Positions 16,544-26,110 of a stretch of 32,000 nt of DNA are shown here, piece after piece. Below the pieces are notes generated by a model that worked only from the letters and a program-made list of their open reading frames with translations, ran no database searches and was not told where the DNA came from. The first letter of the stretch is position 1, and the number at the start of each line of letters is the position of its first letter. The position numbers were made by a program, and so were the translations under genes. This DNA is from Acaryochloris marina S15 (lineage in GTDB: Bacteria > Cyanobacteriota > Cyanobacteriia > Thermosynechococcales > Thermosynechococcaceae), in the NCBI RefSeq assembly GCF_018336915.1, contig NZ_CP064923.1, positions 2,970,001 to 3,002,000 on the forward strand, written 5' to 3'.

Positions 16544-17995
16544 ATGAAGCGTTTGTTGGAGTGGGGAAGCATCCCCTTGCTGGCACTTACTATCGGTAGC
16601 TGGCAAGCACCAGCCCAAGCACTAGACTCAGTACAATTTTTACTCAATGAGGGATTTTGCCAAGCCTGTACCCTCAGTAACTCCGATCTATCTGGATTGG
16701 ATCTGTCGGATGTCAAGCTGAATCACGCCATTCTTATCAATGCCAATCTATCCGGCACTAATCTATCAGGTGCTGATCTCTCAGGTGCCAACTTATCCGG
16801 CGCTAACCTAAGTGGTGCCGACCTCACAAATGCCAATCTAACGAATGCCAACTTAGATCAAGTTAATTTAACGGGTGCTCGCCTCAACAACACCAACTTA
16901 GCGGGAGCAAATGTACAAATTACCGCAAACGCTCAAGCACCTGCTGAAGCACAATCCTCTTTGGCCAGTCAATACAATCCGCCAGCAGAGTCCACCGACA
17001 TTAGCCCTATTTCTCCCATCGCCCAAGCCCCGCCTCCAACCTATGGGCGTGTATTAAATCCACCTAAATCCGGCTATCAACCACCGACTGAAGTCGCAAC
17101 TCGTTCCCCATCATTACCCACTCCATCCGCAACACCGATTCCCACAGAACTACCCGCAGTGGCAGATAACAGCATTGGAGGAGCGGATGATCCGAGCCAA
17201 GCAGCAACCCTCACCACAGATGGTATTGGCATTATTGATGGAGGAACTGTGCCCAAAGGCAGAGTCCTAGTGAGTCTTAATGGTGGACCCCAAGGTATTC
17301 AAAGCACGGTAAGGTATGGCATTTTGGGAGATCTCGAAGCGATAGGCTATCTAGACTACTCCTTCGGTGTGGTTGACGAGTCCGAGCAGGGTTTTGGTCT
17401 AAAGTACCGATTCCTAGACCAAGCAAAAGGCAAGCCCTTAACCATTAGCGCAGCCGTAAACGTGGGTCTCACCGGTGAAACCTTTATCAACTATGCCACC
17501 AATAACCGAAACGAGTTCCGGCAACGGGGCCTGGATAAAGCAGTTCCCACGATCTTCCAAGGAACAGATAACAATGCCGGCAATAATCTGATCTATAGCG
17601 TCTCGTTGCCCGTTCATTATCAAGCAAGTGACCGCTTAAATTTATGGGTGACCCCTACTTTTAGTTACGTCCAGGATAGAGACATTGCGGTCGGCGGCTT
17701 TAATTTTGGCGGTTCCTACGAAGTCGTTGACAATCTAAAGTTCATTGCCGAAGTCGGGGCTAGTTTTGCCGGCCGAGGCAACGCCTTCCTCAATAACACC
17801 TTGGGGGATGCTATTCCTTGGAACGTCGGGTTCCGGTATGATTCCTCAACCCTGTTTGGATTTACACCCGGCAGCAAACAACTCATTTTTGATTTGTACG
17901 CCACCAACAGAGTAGGTACATCACCCTGGAACCAGCTTAGGGTCCGTGACCAAGACGAACCGACCGTTGGCGTGGGTGTACACCTATTGTGGTAG
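16544..17995 (+). CDS. Secreted pentapeptide-repeat protein with a Pro-rich linker and a C-terminal putative outer-membrane beta-barrel domain
   Basis: Signal peptide [26 protein letters not shown]. About 16 pentapeptide repeats ([15 protein letters not shown]). Linker [23 protein letters not shown]...[13 protein letters not shown]. The last ~260 aa alternate hydrophobic and polar residues and end in the OMP-type beta-signal VGVGVHLLW. Confidence 0.75.
   Translation: MKRLLEWGSIPLLALTIGSWQAPAQALDSVQFLLNEGFCQACTLSNSDLSGLDLSDVKLNHAILINANLSGTNLSGADLSGANLSGANLSGADLTNANLTNANLDQVNLTGARLNNTNLAGANVQITANAQAPAEAQSSLASQYNPPAESTDISPISPIAQAPPPTYGRVLNPPKSGYQPPTEVATRSPSLPTPSATPIPTELPAVADNSIGGADDPSQAATLTTDGIGIIDGGTVPKGRVLVSLNGGPQGIQSTVRYGILGDLEAIGYLDYSFGVVDESEQGFGLKYRFLDQAKGKPLTISAAVNVGLTGETFINYATNNRNEFRQRGLDKAVPTIFQGTDNNAGNNLIYSVSLPVHYQASDRLNLWVTPTFSYVQDRDIAVGGFNFGGSYEVVDNLKFIAEVGASFAGRGNAFLNNTLGDAIPWNVGFRYDSSTLFGFTPGSKQLIFDLYATNRVGTSPWNQLRVRDQDEPTVGVGVHLLW
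16664..16912 (+). repeat. 15-bp periodic pentapeptide-repeat coding region
   Basis: Repeated A(N/D)L(S/T)(G/N) units are visible at both DNA and protein level, inside the 16544-17995 CDS. Confidence 0.85.
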
Positions 17996-18029
17996 TCGAT
18001 GCCAACCTCGCCTTCTCGATGCTAAAACC

Positions 18030-19496
18030 CTAACGACCTTTTTTTTCTGGGTGGTTTCGAGGGGGGATAGACCGACCTTTGTAAAATCTTTTTTCCAACT
18101 GTCCTAAACTCAACCACGCAACAGCCGAAGAGAAAATCAGCGCTGTCACTGCAATGGATAGCTTAATCGAGAATATACCAAAGCCAAAGACAAGAAGTGG
18201 GGTAAGGGTCCAAGCAATGAGGGCTAGCCCCACCATCGCCTTCCGCAGTCGTTTGACATTTTTCAAGGCTTGAGAACAGCTGGCACAGTTAACCGTATGG
18301 GAATAGTACCGATCGAGCAGCTGATCGCGAGTCTGCTCCGGTGGCAGACTTTGGCCTGGGAAAGGATTGGCATGGAATCGTTCTTGCCATTGATGCAAAG
18401 CCAGCACAAACCGATCCGCTCGCGTTGGCAGATAAAAGGCTTGAGCAATCGACTTACTGTCTCTAGTACGCTCTAAATATCGCTCTTGAAAGTGCAAAAA
18501 GATTTGGTCATCTTCTAAGATGGCATTCTGCCCCAGATGAGAAAACCAAGTCGGGGTATGACTAATCATCCAAGCAGGCACCTTAGATGAGAATTGAAAC
18601 GGGAATCGAGCAAAAATACGACACTCACCTTTACGCACTGGTGTGGCATAAACAACTGTCAACGTGCGACCAAACTGACTAGACGTCAAGTCATGCCACA
18701 TCAAACCAGGAGCCACAAACGTTGTAGTTTGAGTTCCCAATTTTCCTTGGCGAGGACCTTCTTCCCACACTCCTGAAAATCCTTGTTTCCCTGATTCCAT
18801 GACTTCCAGCTCAACCGGCCCCGCATTGCTGCGGTTTCCGACTGAGCGGTGGTGAGTGTAGGGCAAGTGGCTAGGATCTAAAACATTTTCGAGCAGCGTG
18901 AGGACATCGTAGGGCAGATCGCGAAATCCATTGAGAATAATCCAGTCTTCAGGGGACTCGTCAAGTGCATCCACAATGGGGACAGGCGTTGAAGCAGCTC
19001 GTTCTGGCTGCCCAGCGTAGGTGAATAACAAACCTTGTTGAATACTAATCGGAAAAGAGTCCACACAGGCTCTGGGAGAACTTTCTGCAGAGCGTCCACT
19101 TACCTGTTGAGGTATCCGTTCACAATCACCCGTACCCGAAAAAGCCCAGCCGTGATAGGGACATTCAATCAACCCATCTTCATCGATCCGGCCTTCAGAC
19201 AATCGAGCCAATCGGTGTGGGCATTGATCTGCAAAAACGCGCCAAGTATCGGCATTATGATCCCACCAAATCACCAAATCTCGTTCTAACAAGGTGAAGG
19301 TAGTGAGTTTGTCCTTATCTAGGTCACTAACGTAGGCAATGGGATACCAAACTTCTTGCCAATCAAAGCGGTTGGGATCATCGCCACCCGCAGGCAATGT
19401 TTGACCCTTGCTAGCAATGTCAGCAGTCGTCAATGGTGTATCTGACAAATGTGGAGGGGTTTGCTCAACATCAACCAAAGTCAGAGAAGATTTCAT
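18030..19496 (-). CDS. Rieske [2Fe-2S] non-haem iron oxygenase of the PAO/Tic55/PTC52-like family, C-terminally membrane anchored
   Basis: Rieske motif CPHRLARLSEG...CPYHGWAF. Mononuclear iron motif ENVLDPSHLPYTHH. Family-typical C-terminal CxxC (CASC). Two terminal hydrophobic helices follow. Confidence 0.8.
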   Translation of the reverse strand: MKSSLTLVDVEQTPPHLSDTPLTTADIASKGQTLPAGGDDPNRFDWQEVWYPIAYVSDLDKDKLTTFTLLERDLVIWWDHNADTWRVFADQCPHRLARLSEGRIDEDGLIECPYHGWAFSGTGDCERIPQQVSGRSAESSPRACVDSFPISIQQGLLFTYAGQPERAASTPVPIVDALDESPEDWIILNGFRDLPYDVLTLLENVLDPSHLPYTHHRSVGNRSNAGPVELEVMESGKQGFSGVWEEGPRQGKLGTQTTTFVAPGLMWHDLTSSQFGRTLTVVYATPVRKGECRIFARFPFQFSSKVPAWMISHTPTWFSHLGQNAILEDDQIFLHFQERYLERTRDSKSIAQAFYLPTRADRFVLALHQWQERFHANPFPGQSLPPEQTRDQLLDRYYSHTVNCASCSQALKNVKRLRKAMVGLALIAWTLTPLLVFGFGIFSIKLSIAVTALIFSSAVAWLSLGQLEKRFYKGRSIPPRNHPEKKGR

Positions 19497-19854
19497 GGGA
19501 TTAATGGGGGTAGGAGTCTGAAAAAAAAGTGAGGATTGTCAAATCAGGTACTCAATGTGCCCGACTAGTCATAACGCAACTCACTCTTGAGTGCATAACT
19601 GCAATGTAACAAAATTTCAAGCATTTATGTTTTTTTATTTCAATTCATGCCATAACTATTGCCCATAAAAGCATATTGTGCTTATAAGCTTGCAGTATAC
19701 ATAGCACCTTATCTTCACATCGTTCCCTAAAGTTGTTAGGGCTAAACTTTTATGCCAAAAACTTCATCCAAATCTGCCTAGGATAAGTCACCTCTTCAAC
19801 CTACAGTGCGTCCACACCATCTAGTTCAGCATTTCTAGGTCCAAGGTTAAACAA

Positions 19855-19895
19855 AGCAAATGGCGGTCTTCTGTTTCAGAAGACCGCCATTTGCT
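19855..19895 (-). terminator. Perfect 19-bp stem / 3-nt loop hairpin; likely terminator of the GNAT-ruvX-mltG-HAD operon
   Basis: AGCAAATGGCGGTCTTCTG-ttt-CAGAAGACCGCCATTTGCT. On the minus strand TTGTTT follows immediately. It lies 160 nt downstream of the stop at 20056. Confidence 0.6.
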
Positions 19896-20055
19896 AAGGT
19901 ATTTAAAAGTTATTTTTAGAGCCTTTATTCAGCTGGCTCCAATAATTTATGTTTATATATTGACAAATATTTCCTTATTTCTCGATTTCTATAATATTTA
20001 TTTTATATTCTTACTTTCCATAACTTTTTCGTAATCATCCTTAAAAAATGGATGT

Positions 20056-20562
20056 TTAATCCAATATCCGTTTCAAATTTTGGTAGATCCACAGTTCAAT
20101 TTTGCGCAGTGTACTTCCGTGCCCTACTGGCTCTACCAAAATTGTAAAAACACCCAGACGATTTCCAGCAAGAACATCGGTAAATAGCCGGTCCCCAACC
20201 ATTGCCACGTTCTCATAGGGTAAATCCATTGCGGTCACTGCCTGACGCAATTTTCGACGAGATGGTTTACCAGCCCCATAGATATAGGGCAAGTCAAGCC
20301 CCACTGCAATTCTTTCAATGCGCGAACGTTTCAAGTTGTTGCTGACCAACCAAATGGGAACCTCTGCTTTTATTTCAGCTAACCATGTCAATATTTCAGG
20401 AGATACATCGGCAGCTCTAGAAGACACAACGGTATCATCAACATCCAATACCAACCCTTTAAGCTGATGTTGGTCCAATAGAGAAGGAGTCAATTGGAGA
20501 ATAGAATCTTGAAGCAGTAGATCTGGTTGTAAAAGAGAAATCCAGGAAGAAGCTGGAGACAT
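20056..20562 (-). CDS. HAD-superfamily (subfamily IIIA, YqeG-like) phosphatase
   Basis: HAD motif I LVLDVDDTVV, motif II WLVSNN, motif III/IV KP...MVGDRLFTDV. Confidence 0.75.
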   Translation of the reverse strand: MSPASSWISLLQPDLLLQDSILQLTPSLLDQHQLKGLVLDVDDTVVSSRAADVSPEILTWLAEIKAEVPIWLVSNNLKRSRIERIAVGLDLPYIYGAGKPSRRKLRQAVTAMDLPYENVAMVGDRLFTDVLAGNRLGVFTILVEPVGHGSTLRKIELWIYQNLKRILD

Positions 20563-20584
20563 CGGGCTATATCAGTAAGACGAA

Positions 20585-21685
20585 CTAAAGATTAGTGGAG
20601 TTTTGCTTGGCATCTTGTTGATCACGGATTCTGGCTTGGGCTCGTAAGTGCTCTGTCAAAGTCCGGCTAAACACATGGGTCCCATCATACCGAGCAACAA
20701 AATAGAGAAACTCTGTTTCTTCTGGAGAAACAGTGGCTTTAAGACTGGCAAGTCCCGGACTCGCAATAGGCGTTGGGGTTAATCCAGCATTGATGTATGT
20801 GTTGTAAGGAGAGGGGGTTTCGACTTGAGCATAAGTGAGGGGTTGATCAGGGGTTTGAGTAATACCTAAACCATACTCAACCGTCGGATCAGAACCCAGG
20901 GTGATATTGTCTCGCAATCGATTCCAAAAAACGCCAGCAATTCGAGCTCTCTCTTCAGCAACCACTGACTCCTTTTCCACAATACTGGCCAAAGTGACCC
21001 AATCCTCTAAGCTTAAATCGGTATAGCCAGTGCGGTTCTGATAGACCGGTAAGGCAGACCCTTCGAAATGATTCAACATCACACCAATGACGGCATCAGG
21101 GGTGCGTTGATCAATTGAGATTTGGTAGGTATCGGGAAAGAGATATCCCTCCAGAAAGGGAATGTCTTCCGGTAACCAAGGGTAGCGTTCGCGCGGGATA
21201 TTGTTGGTTGCATCTAAAAACTCTTGAGCCGAAAACCAGCCTAACTCTTCAAAATAGTTAGCCATCTGCTTTTGGGACCAGCCTTCTGGCACCGTAAAGC
21301 TAATCTGCTGGACCTTTCCAGACCAAATCGTTTGGGCAATATCTGCCATAGAAGCTTGGGGGGAAAGCTGGTAGGTTCCCGCATGGAATCCACCGGAAGA
21401 TTCCCACACCCCTTGCCACCGAGTCCAGACCTTCCAGGCGGTAATAGAGCGAATGAGCCCTGCCTCTTCTAAAATCTGACCAATTTCGTTAGCAGATGCA
21501 CCTTCTGGAATTTGGACCTGAAGTATATCCTCAGGGGTTTGGGTACTGATCTCAACTGGTGCGATCGCAGATTGCCACCAATACCAGCCTCCCCCTCCAA
21601 CTCCACCTGCTATAGCAACAAGAGCAACGACCGAGGTTATAGCCAATTTGCGGAAAGGAAATGATTTCTTTTTGTTCACAGTCAA
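20585..21685 (-). CDS. mltG: Endolytic peptidoglycan transglycosylase MltG (YceG-like)
   Basis: N-terminal TM, a LysM-like region (ILEEAGLI), and YceG signatures LASIVEKE, VFWNRL, DPTVEYG, YNTY. There is no ATG at the 5' end, so the start is TTG 21685 or GTG 21679. Confidence 0.85.
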   Translation of the reverse strand: MTVNKKKSFPFRKLAITSVVALVAIAGGVGGGGWYWWQSAIAPVEISTQTPEDILQVQIPEGASANEIGQILEEAGLIRSITAWKVWTRWQGVWESSGGFHAGTYQLSPQASMADIAQTIWSGKVQQISFTVPEGWSQKQMANYFEELGWFSAQEFLDATNNIPRERYPWLPEDIPFLEGYLFPDTYQISIDQRTPDAVIGVMLNHFEGSALPVYQNRTGYTDLSLEDWVTLASIVEKESVVAEERARIAGVFWNRLRDNITLGSDPTVEYGLGITQTPDQPLTYAQVETPSPYNTYINAGLTPTPIASPGLASLKATVSPEETEFLYFVARYDGTHVFSRTLTEHLRAQARIRDQQDAKQNSTNL

Positions 21686-21713
21686 AAACAGACGTCGTCT
21701 ATCAAGTCAGCAG

Positions 21714-22268
21714 TTAGTCTAAATCGTCCATTAGACGTTCCTCCAACAGAGGTTGAAGCTTAGGTTGTAAAGCTTGAAACTCTTTGGGAGAAAGCAGCTC
21801 CGGCTGCATGTTCTCACGCAGTCTAACAACAAACAGCACTGGATCGATAGGAGTATAGATCGAATACTCTTGTTCCTTCTCAAAAAAAGTCGCTAATAGC
21901 TGATACTCTTCTTGCTCAGAAACCTCATCTCCCTCTTCCATTTCCAATACTAGAATTTCTTCTTCATCAATATCAGGCAGATCACCTTCTACAGTTAAAG
22001 ACAGAGCACTTCGCTTTAATTTTAAATTCTGTTCTGCCAACACAGCTTGGGCAGTGGGGAATATGTTAGCAAGCTCTTGCTCTTCTACAGGCTGAATAAT
22101 CTCATCATCTTCATCGCTAACGACCCAACCAAAAATATCTACTGGGTAATCGACGGGGTTTAAAAGAGCATATTCTTCCTGATCAATTGGAACAGACACC
22201 TCGACATAGCAGGTCAAGGAACGTCCTGATTCATCCATCAACGTTACCGTGGAACGGTCCATTTCCAT
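21714..22268 (-). CDS. Acidic DUF1292/DUF3727-like protein
   Basis: 184 aa and very acidic. Its position between ruvX and mltG matches the widely conserved ruvX-DUF1292-mltG neighbourhood. The family assignment is from memory. Confidence 0.5.
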   Translation of the reverse strand: MEMDRSTVTLMDESGRSLTCYVEVSVPIDQEEYALLNPVDYPVDIFGWVVSDEDDEIIQPVEEQELANIFPTAQAVLAEQNLKLKRSALSLTVEGDLPDIDEEEILVLEMEEGDEVSEQEEYQLLATFFEKEQEYSIYTPIDPVLFVVRLRENMQPELLSPKEFQALQPKLQPLLEERLMDDLD

Positions 22269-22392
22269 GGGTATTTTACCTCTACTCCCCAGATTACTGG
22301 CCCACCATCGGGACCCATAGGCTTCAGTTTAGGGGGTAATGGACTTAATGGGCGAGAAAATTAAACGAAAAAACGAAATAATGGAACCTAGG

Positions 22393-22827
22393 CTAGGTCG
22401 AAGATATCCATGGTTTTTGATCCAGCCAGCGTTGCAGAATCAAAGCGGCTGCCTTACGGTCAATCATGCCCCTTTGCTCTGCTGGATTGATACGCTGTTC
22501 TCGCATCATGGACTCAGCCTCATGGGACGTTAAACGCTCATCTATAAAATCCAAAGGCAAATCGAGGGCTTTAGCTATCCGCTTAGCTAATTTCTGTGTT
22601 CTTTGGGCTTGAGTCCCTACGTCACCATTCATCGTATAAGGCAAACCAACCACCAATGTTTTGACCTGGCGTTCTGTCACAATTTGCCGCAGCAATTCAA
22701 TATCCTTGGCAAAAGAAGTGCGTCGAATCGTGGTTAATCCAGTGGCAATTAAACCCGTACCATCGCAACCGGCAACGCCAATCCGGCGATGCCCTAGATC
22801 TAGCCCTAATGCGGATATTCGCTGCAT
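22393..22827 (-). CDS. ruvX: RuvX/YqgF Holliday-junction-resolvase-like pre-16S rRNA nuclease
   Basis: ALGLDLGHRRIGVAGCD...LVVGLPYTMNGDVG...ERLTSHEAE...IDRKAAALILQRWL. Confidence 0.9.
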   Translation of the reverse strand: MQRISALGLDLGHRRIGVAGCDGTGLIATGLTTIRRTSFAKDIELLRQIVTERQVKTLVVGLPYTMNGDVGTQAQRTQKLAKRIAKALDLPLDFIDERLTSHEAESMMREQRINPAEQRGMIDRKAAALILQRWLDQKPWISST

Positions 22828-22832
22828 ACAGC

Positions 22833-24047
22833 TTAAAATTCTGACGGCCAGGCGCGATGGTTTCGCTTGGAGGAGGACTGACTTTTCTGACTCTTTTTAG
22901 CCCCTGGGCGAAGATGCTTCTTTACAGAAGGCGTCCGAGTCAACCAATAGGTCATGCGTCCAGGAACTGGATTATGGTTAGGCTGCAATCCTTGCAACAT
23001 ATCTGAAAGCTGCAGGGTTTCAAAAGAAATAGAGCGAGATTCTCGTAATTTATGCCAAACCGAACGAGACATCATCAATGTTTGCTCCAAATCTTCAGCC
23101 CCAATTTGCTTTAGATATTCTTCGCGCTCGGGTTGATAATCCGTTGAGTCTAAGCACAATGGGGCTGAAGGATAGGCCTGTGTAAGCTGGGCCATATGGG
23201 CTAGCAGCTCTGGATATAGCCAAGTATAGGCAGGGTGCACCGTGAGTCGAGCTTCATGGGGGTGGCATGCATTACGGCACAGCTTCATTTCAAAATAGCC
23301 AATGGCAGCCTTGCGTTGGGGCTCAAAGACATAGGCTTGCACTAATTCTTTGGTATCTCCCCAAAGCTGAATCCCAGACAACAAAGAGTCCACCAAACTC
23401 GATTTGAAGTCTTGAATATGCCGATCAAAGACTTGGCGGACCAGCGGAGGCATGGATGCCGTATCTAGCTGATACAGCAAAGAAGCATCAGCATTATTGA
23501 CGGGTAAAAGATTGGGCAGTACGGGTTCCCGCTCAGCGAGGCGACTCAACTGCTCTGGCGCTAGGGACCAATAAGTAATGTGCGCTAAGGGCTGAAAACC
23601 ATTATGACGATATAGGGCTAGGGCTGCCGATTGGCTGACATCAATCTCGGTCAACCAGGTGCGAGCCTCCCATATATTTTCTAGGCAGTAGCGTAATAAT
23701 TGCGTCCCCACATCTTGCTGACCAACAGCAGGGGTTACACTAACTTGATCAAACCGCCAGGTGCTCCGGGAATGGTTAAAGGGCGAAACCTGAACCACCC
23801 CAGCCAACTTATGAGTTTGTTCCCAGACATAGGTTCGTTGTTGATCAGATAGTCGATTGGGAAACAGCCTCAACAACTTCAATAATTCAGACCAGCGCTG
23901 GAGCTGCAGTAACTGCCGCTCATGTCCGTAGAAGGTGCCAATGCTGGACTGATCATAATCATCCACCAATAACCGCTTGATCGCTTCAAGATCGCGGTAC
24001 TGGACGGGACGAATGATGGGTTCTAACTTTGGAGCTACTGTCGTCAT
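22833..24047 (-). CDS. GNAT-family N-acetyltransferase (large, probably two-lobed)
   Basis: GNAT-like core VQVSP...QQDVGTQLLRYCLE...ALALYRHNGFQPL. The stop lies 5 nt upstream of the ruvX start. Confidence 0.55.
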   Translation of the reverse strand: MTTVAPKLEPIIRPVQYRDLEAIKRLLVDDYDQSSIGTFYGHERQLLQLQRWSELLKLLRLFPNRLSDQQRTYVWEQTHKLAGVVQVSPFNHSRSTWRFDQVSVTPAVGQQDVGTQLLRYCLENIWEARTWLTEIDVSQSAALALYRHNGFQPLAHITYWSLAPEQLSRLAEREPVLPNLLPVNNADASLLYQLDTASMPPLVRQVFDRHIQDFKSSLVDSLLSGIQLWGDTKELVQAYVFEPQRKAAIGYFEMKLCRNACHPHEARLTVHPAYTWLYPELLAHMAQLTQAYPSAPLCLDSTDYQPEREEYLKQIGAEDLEQTLMMSRSVWHKLRESRSISFETLQLSDMLQGLQPNHNPVPGRMTYWLTRTPSVKKHLRPGAKKSQKSQSSSKRNHRAWPSEF

Positions 24048-24285
24048 ACGAGTTGCTAAGCTTGCCGAACTAATAGTCCTGAGAGAGTGTATGGATGTAT
24101 CAACCGAAACCAGCTTGCTAATTTACTCCTTAGGAGACATAACAAGGTATAAAAATTAGCTCGAAGAAGGAAATTTGAAGTATTTATCTCACTCTATGGT
24201 ATCGGATCTCTCTCCAAAACGGGGATAGAGACAACAAATTGTCAGACTTTTGTCAAGGGAAAATCTCTGAGCAAAAAGTAATTCC

Positions 24286-25452
24286 CTAAGACTGATTGGG
24301 ACGAATCAAGACAACCGGAGTTTGTTCATCCGCATTACCCGCAGGATTACTCCTCAGTGCCTCTTCAATCAGAGATAAGGGAGCCCCTTTGGTTGCTGAC
24401 AGGATTTTCACCCGCTTCAGGTCATTTACATCAACAATGGCTGCAGCTAACCCTGTTTCTGCTTGGATTTGGTTGACCACTTTCTGAGGATCGTCTGGAC
24501 CTAAAACAATGAATTGATCAAAGGGCGGGAGGGTCCCAGTCACATCATCAATCAGTCGGGCTTGTTCCCCTGCCAGGCGATAAAAGACCCCTGCTTGACC
24601 AAATACCTTTGCGATCGCACCCACAAAAAACGCTAAAAAGACTCGCACTGGCCCTTCAATATTGACCAGAGTTTGCAAGCCACAGGCGGTCGCTAAACTG
24701 GAAGTCGGTAAGAAGAAGTAAGCCAATCGTGTCGCCACCCATCCAGGCTTAATGGTGCTGGGATGGAAGATACGGCCTTGCATAATCGCTACGGGAGTCT
24801 CGCCAATGGTGACGATATCACCGGGCTGGGCATGGGGACTGACATAGCGACGGACAATATCGGGACAGGTATCCAGTTGAGTTAACAAGTGAGTGGGGAC
24901 CGGTAAGACTTGACCATCCGCAACAGAACGCCACTGCAATGGTTCCTGGGGGTCAGGAAAGCGAAGGGGAACCACTTCATGGTGGGTATTATGGATACGG
25001 CCTCTGGGACCATAGGAAATATAGTTGACTCGCACCCAAACTGCTTTGAGTTGAGTTAAGTCAGGACCCATAATATCCAGGGTGATTTCTGCAGAGGTCT
25101 CGTATCGAGATTTGACGATATAAGCAAACCAATAACCATCTTCTCGAGGCTCAGCATCTGGATGCTGCGGTAAAACCTTAATCTTATGGTGAATCTCATC
25201 TAGACTGCCCTTCGAAAGCAGGGTCACATCCACTGATAACTCAGGGATCATGACTTCCAGCTTATGGGTGGGATTAAAAAAGGTTTGCTTTCCGACTAAT
25301 CGATAATGCTGGGGCTCACGACTTTCAAACTGCCAATTTCCTGGTAAGGCTTGTAAGGCATTCCCCTGGCGACGACGATGAGTCCACTCTAAGCCCCCCC
25401 ATGCGATGAGAAGGACTGCAACAATACCAATTCCAATGCTTTCGATGATCAT
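24286..25452 (-). CDS. Membrane-anchored protein with a C-terminal CofE-like (F420-0:gamma-glutamyl ligase fold) domain
   Basis: N-terminal TM IIESIGIGIVAVLLIAWGG, then a ~190-aa beta-rich unknown domain. The C-terminal half carries GDIVTIGETPVAIMQGR...LIDDVTG...IVLGPDDP...AAIVDVND, which resembles CofE. ATG 25452 is preferred over TTG 25488. Confidence 0.5.
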   Translation of the reverse strand: MIIESIGIGIVAVLLIAWGGLEWTHRRRQGNALQALPGNWQFESREPQHYRLVGKQTFFNPTHKLEVMIPELSVDVTLLSKGSLDEIHHKIKVLPQHPDAEPREDGYWFAYIVKSRYETSAEITLDIMGPDLTQLKAVWVRVNYISYGPRGRIHNTHHEVVPLRFPDPQEPLQWRSVADGQVLPVPTHLLTQLDTCPDIVRRYVSPHAQPGDIVTIGETPVAIMQGRIFHPSTIKPGWVATRLAYFFLPTSSLATACGLQTLVNIEGPVRVFLAFFVGAIAKVFGQAGVFYRLAGEQARLIDDVTGTLPPFDQFIVLGPDDPQKVVNQIQAETGLAAAIVDVNDLKRVKILSATKGAPLSLIEEALRSNPAGNADEQTPVVLIRPNQS

Positions 25453-26054
25453 TCCGTGTTTTGAATCCTTACCTTGAGACTCCTGCAAGACCTGGCTATA
25501 GACTTAATTACTTTATTTTCACGAGGAAAAAAGTATCAAACCGAGATGATCATGCCATAAGGCTGACAGTTCGGCACTTATTTCAGCCAACTAGAATTTT
25601 GCCAGACCTCTTAATTGAGTGAGTGCAACCTTTATATTCGATAGTCCGCACTATTTTTCACTGAAGTTAATACTCGTTATAGTGGATGCTTCGCGGAAAT
25701 AAATTTACCTTGCAAAAGCCCCGCCACTAATACATAAACACCTATACTCTGAGGTGAAGCAGATATGCTTTCCTGGCAGATCAAACAGCCAAATTCAAAT
25801 CCATAAAAGAGGTTAATGAGCTGTTGATACAAACATCTGTCTCGTCAAATAAGAATGACACCCAATTCTATCGCTAAGCATCCTTAAATGTAGAAATGGG
25901 AGATGGGATTCAGGGATTAATTTCCTGGAGTGCCCCAGTCTCCAAATGCCCTTTATTGATGCAAGGAAGTCTTTAGGCGAAAGATTCTGGGTGTTATTCG
26001 CATTTTAAAGATATACGTTTGCTCTTATTCCAATTCTTCACGAATATAACGTCT

Positions 26055-26088
26055 AAGCCCCAAGTTCTGAACAAAGAACTTGGGGCTT
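26055..26088 (-). terminator. Hairpin 22 nt downstream of the porin stop
   Basis: AAGCCCCAAGTTCT-gaacaa-AGAACTTGGGGCTT, a 14-bp perfect stem with no clear U-tract. Confidence 0.45.
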
Positions 26089-26110
26089 AAGGTTGACCTA
26101 AGTTCCTAAG

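Noticed and set aside
16664-16912. 15-bp periodic sequence; considered as a microsatellite or contingency locus
   Set aside because: It is the in-frame coding of A(N/D)LxG pentapeptide repeats within a 483-aa ORF. The units are degenerate at the DNA level, so it is not a slippage-prone perfect repeat.
19960-19995. Perfect TTGACA (19960-19965) and TATAAT (19990-19995) on the plus strand
   Set aside because: The spacer is 24 nt, too long for a sigma70-type promoter. A transcript from it would run only antisense into the HAD gene, and the region is so AT-rich that such hexamers are expected by chance.
25489-26054. 560-bp gap between the porin terminator and the CofE-like gene, scanned on both strands for small genes or RNAs
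   Set aside because: The longest frames are 22-26 codons without SD motifs. I recognised no conserved RNA-like structure. It is left as a long upstream region.
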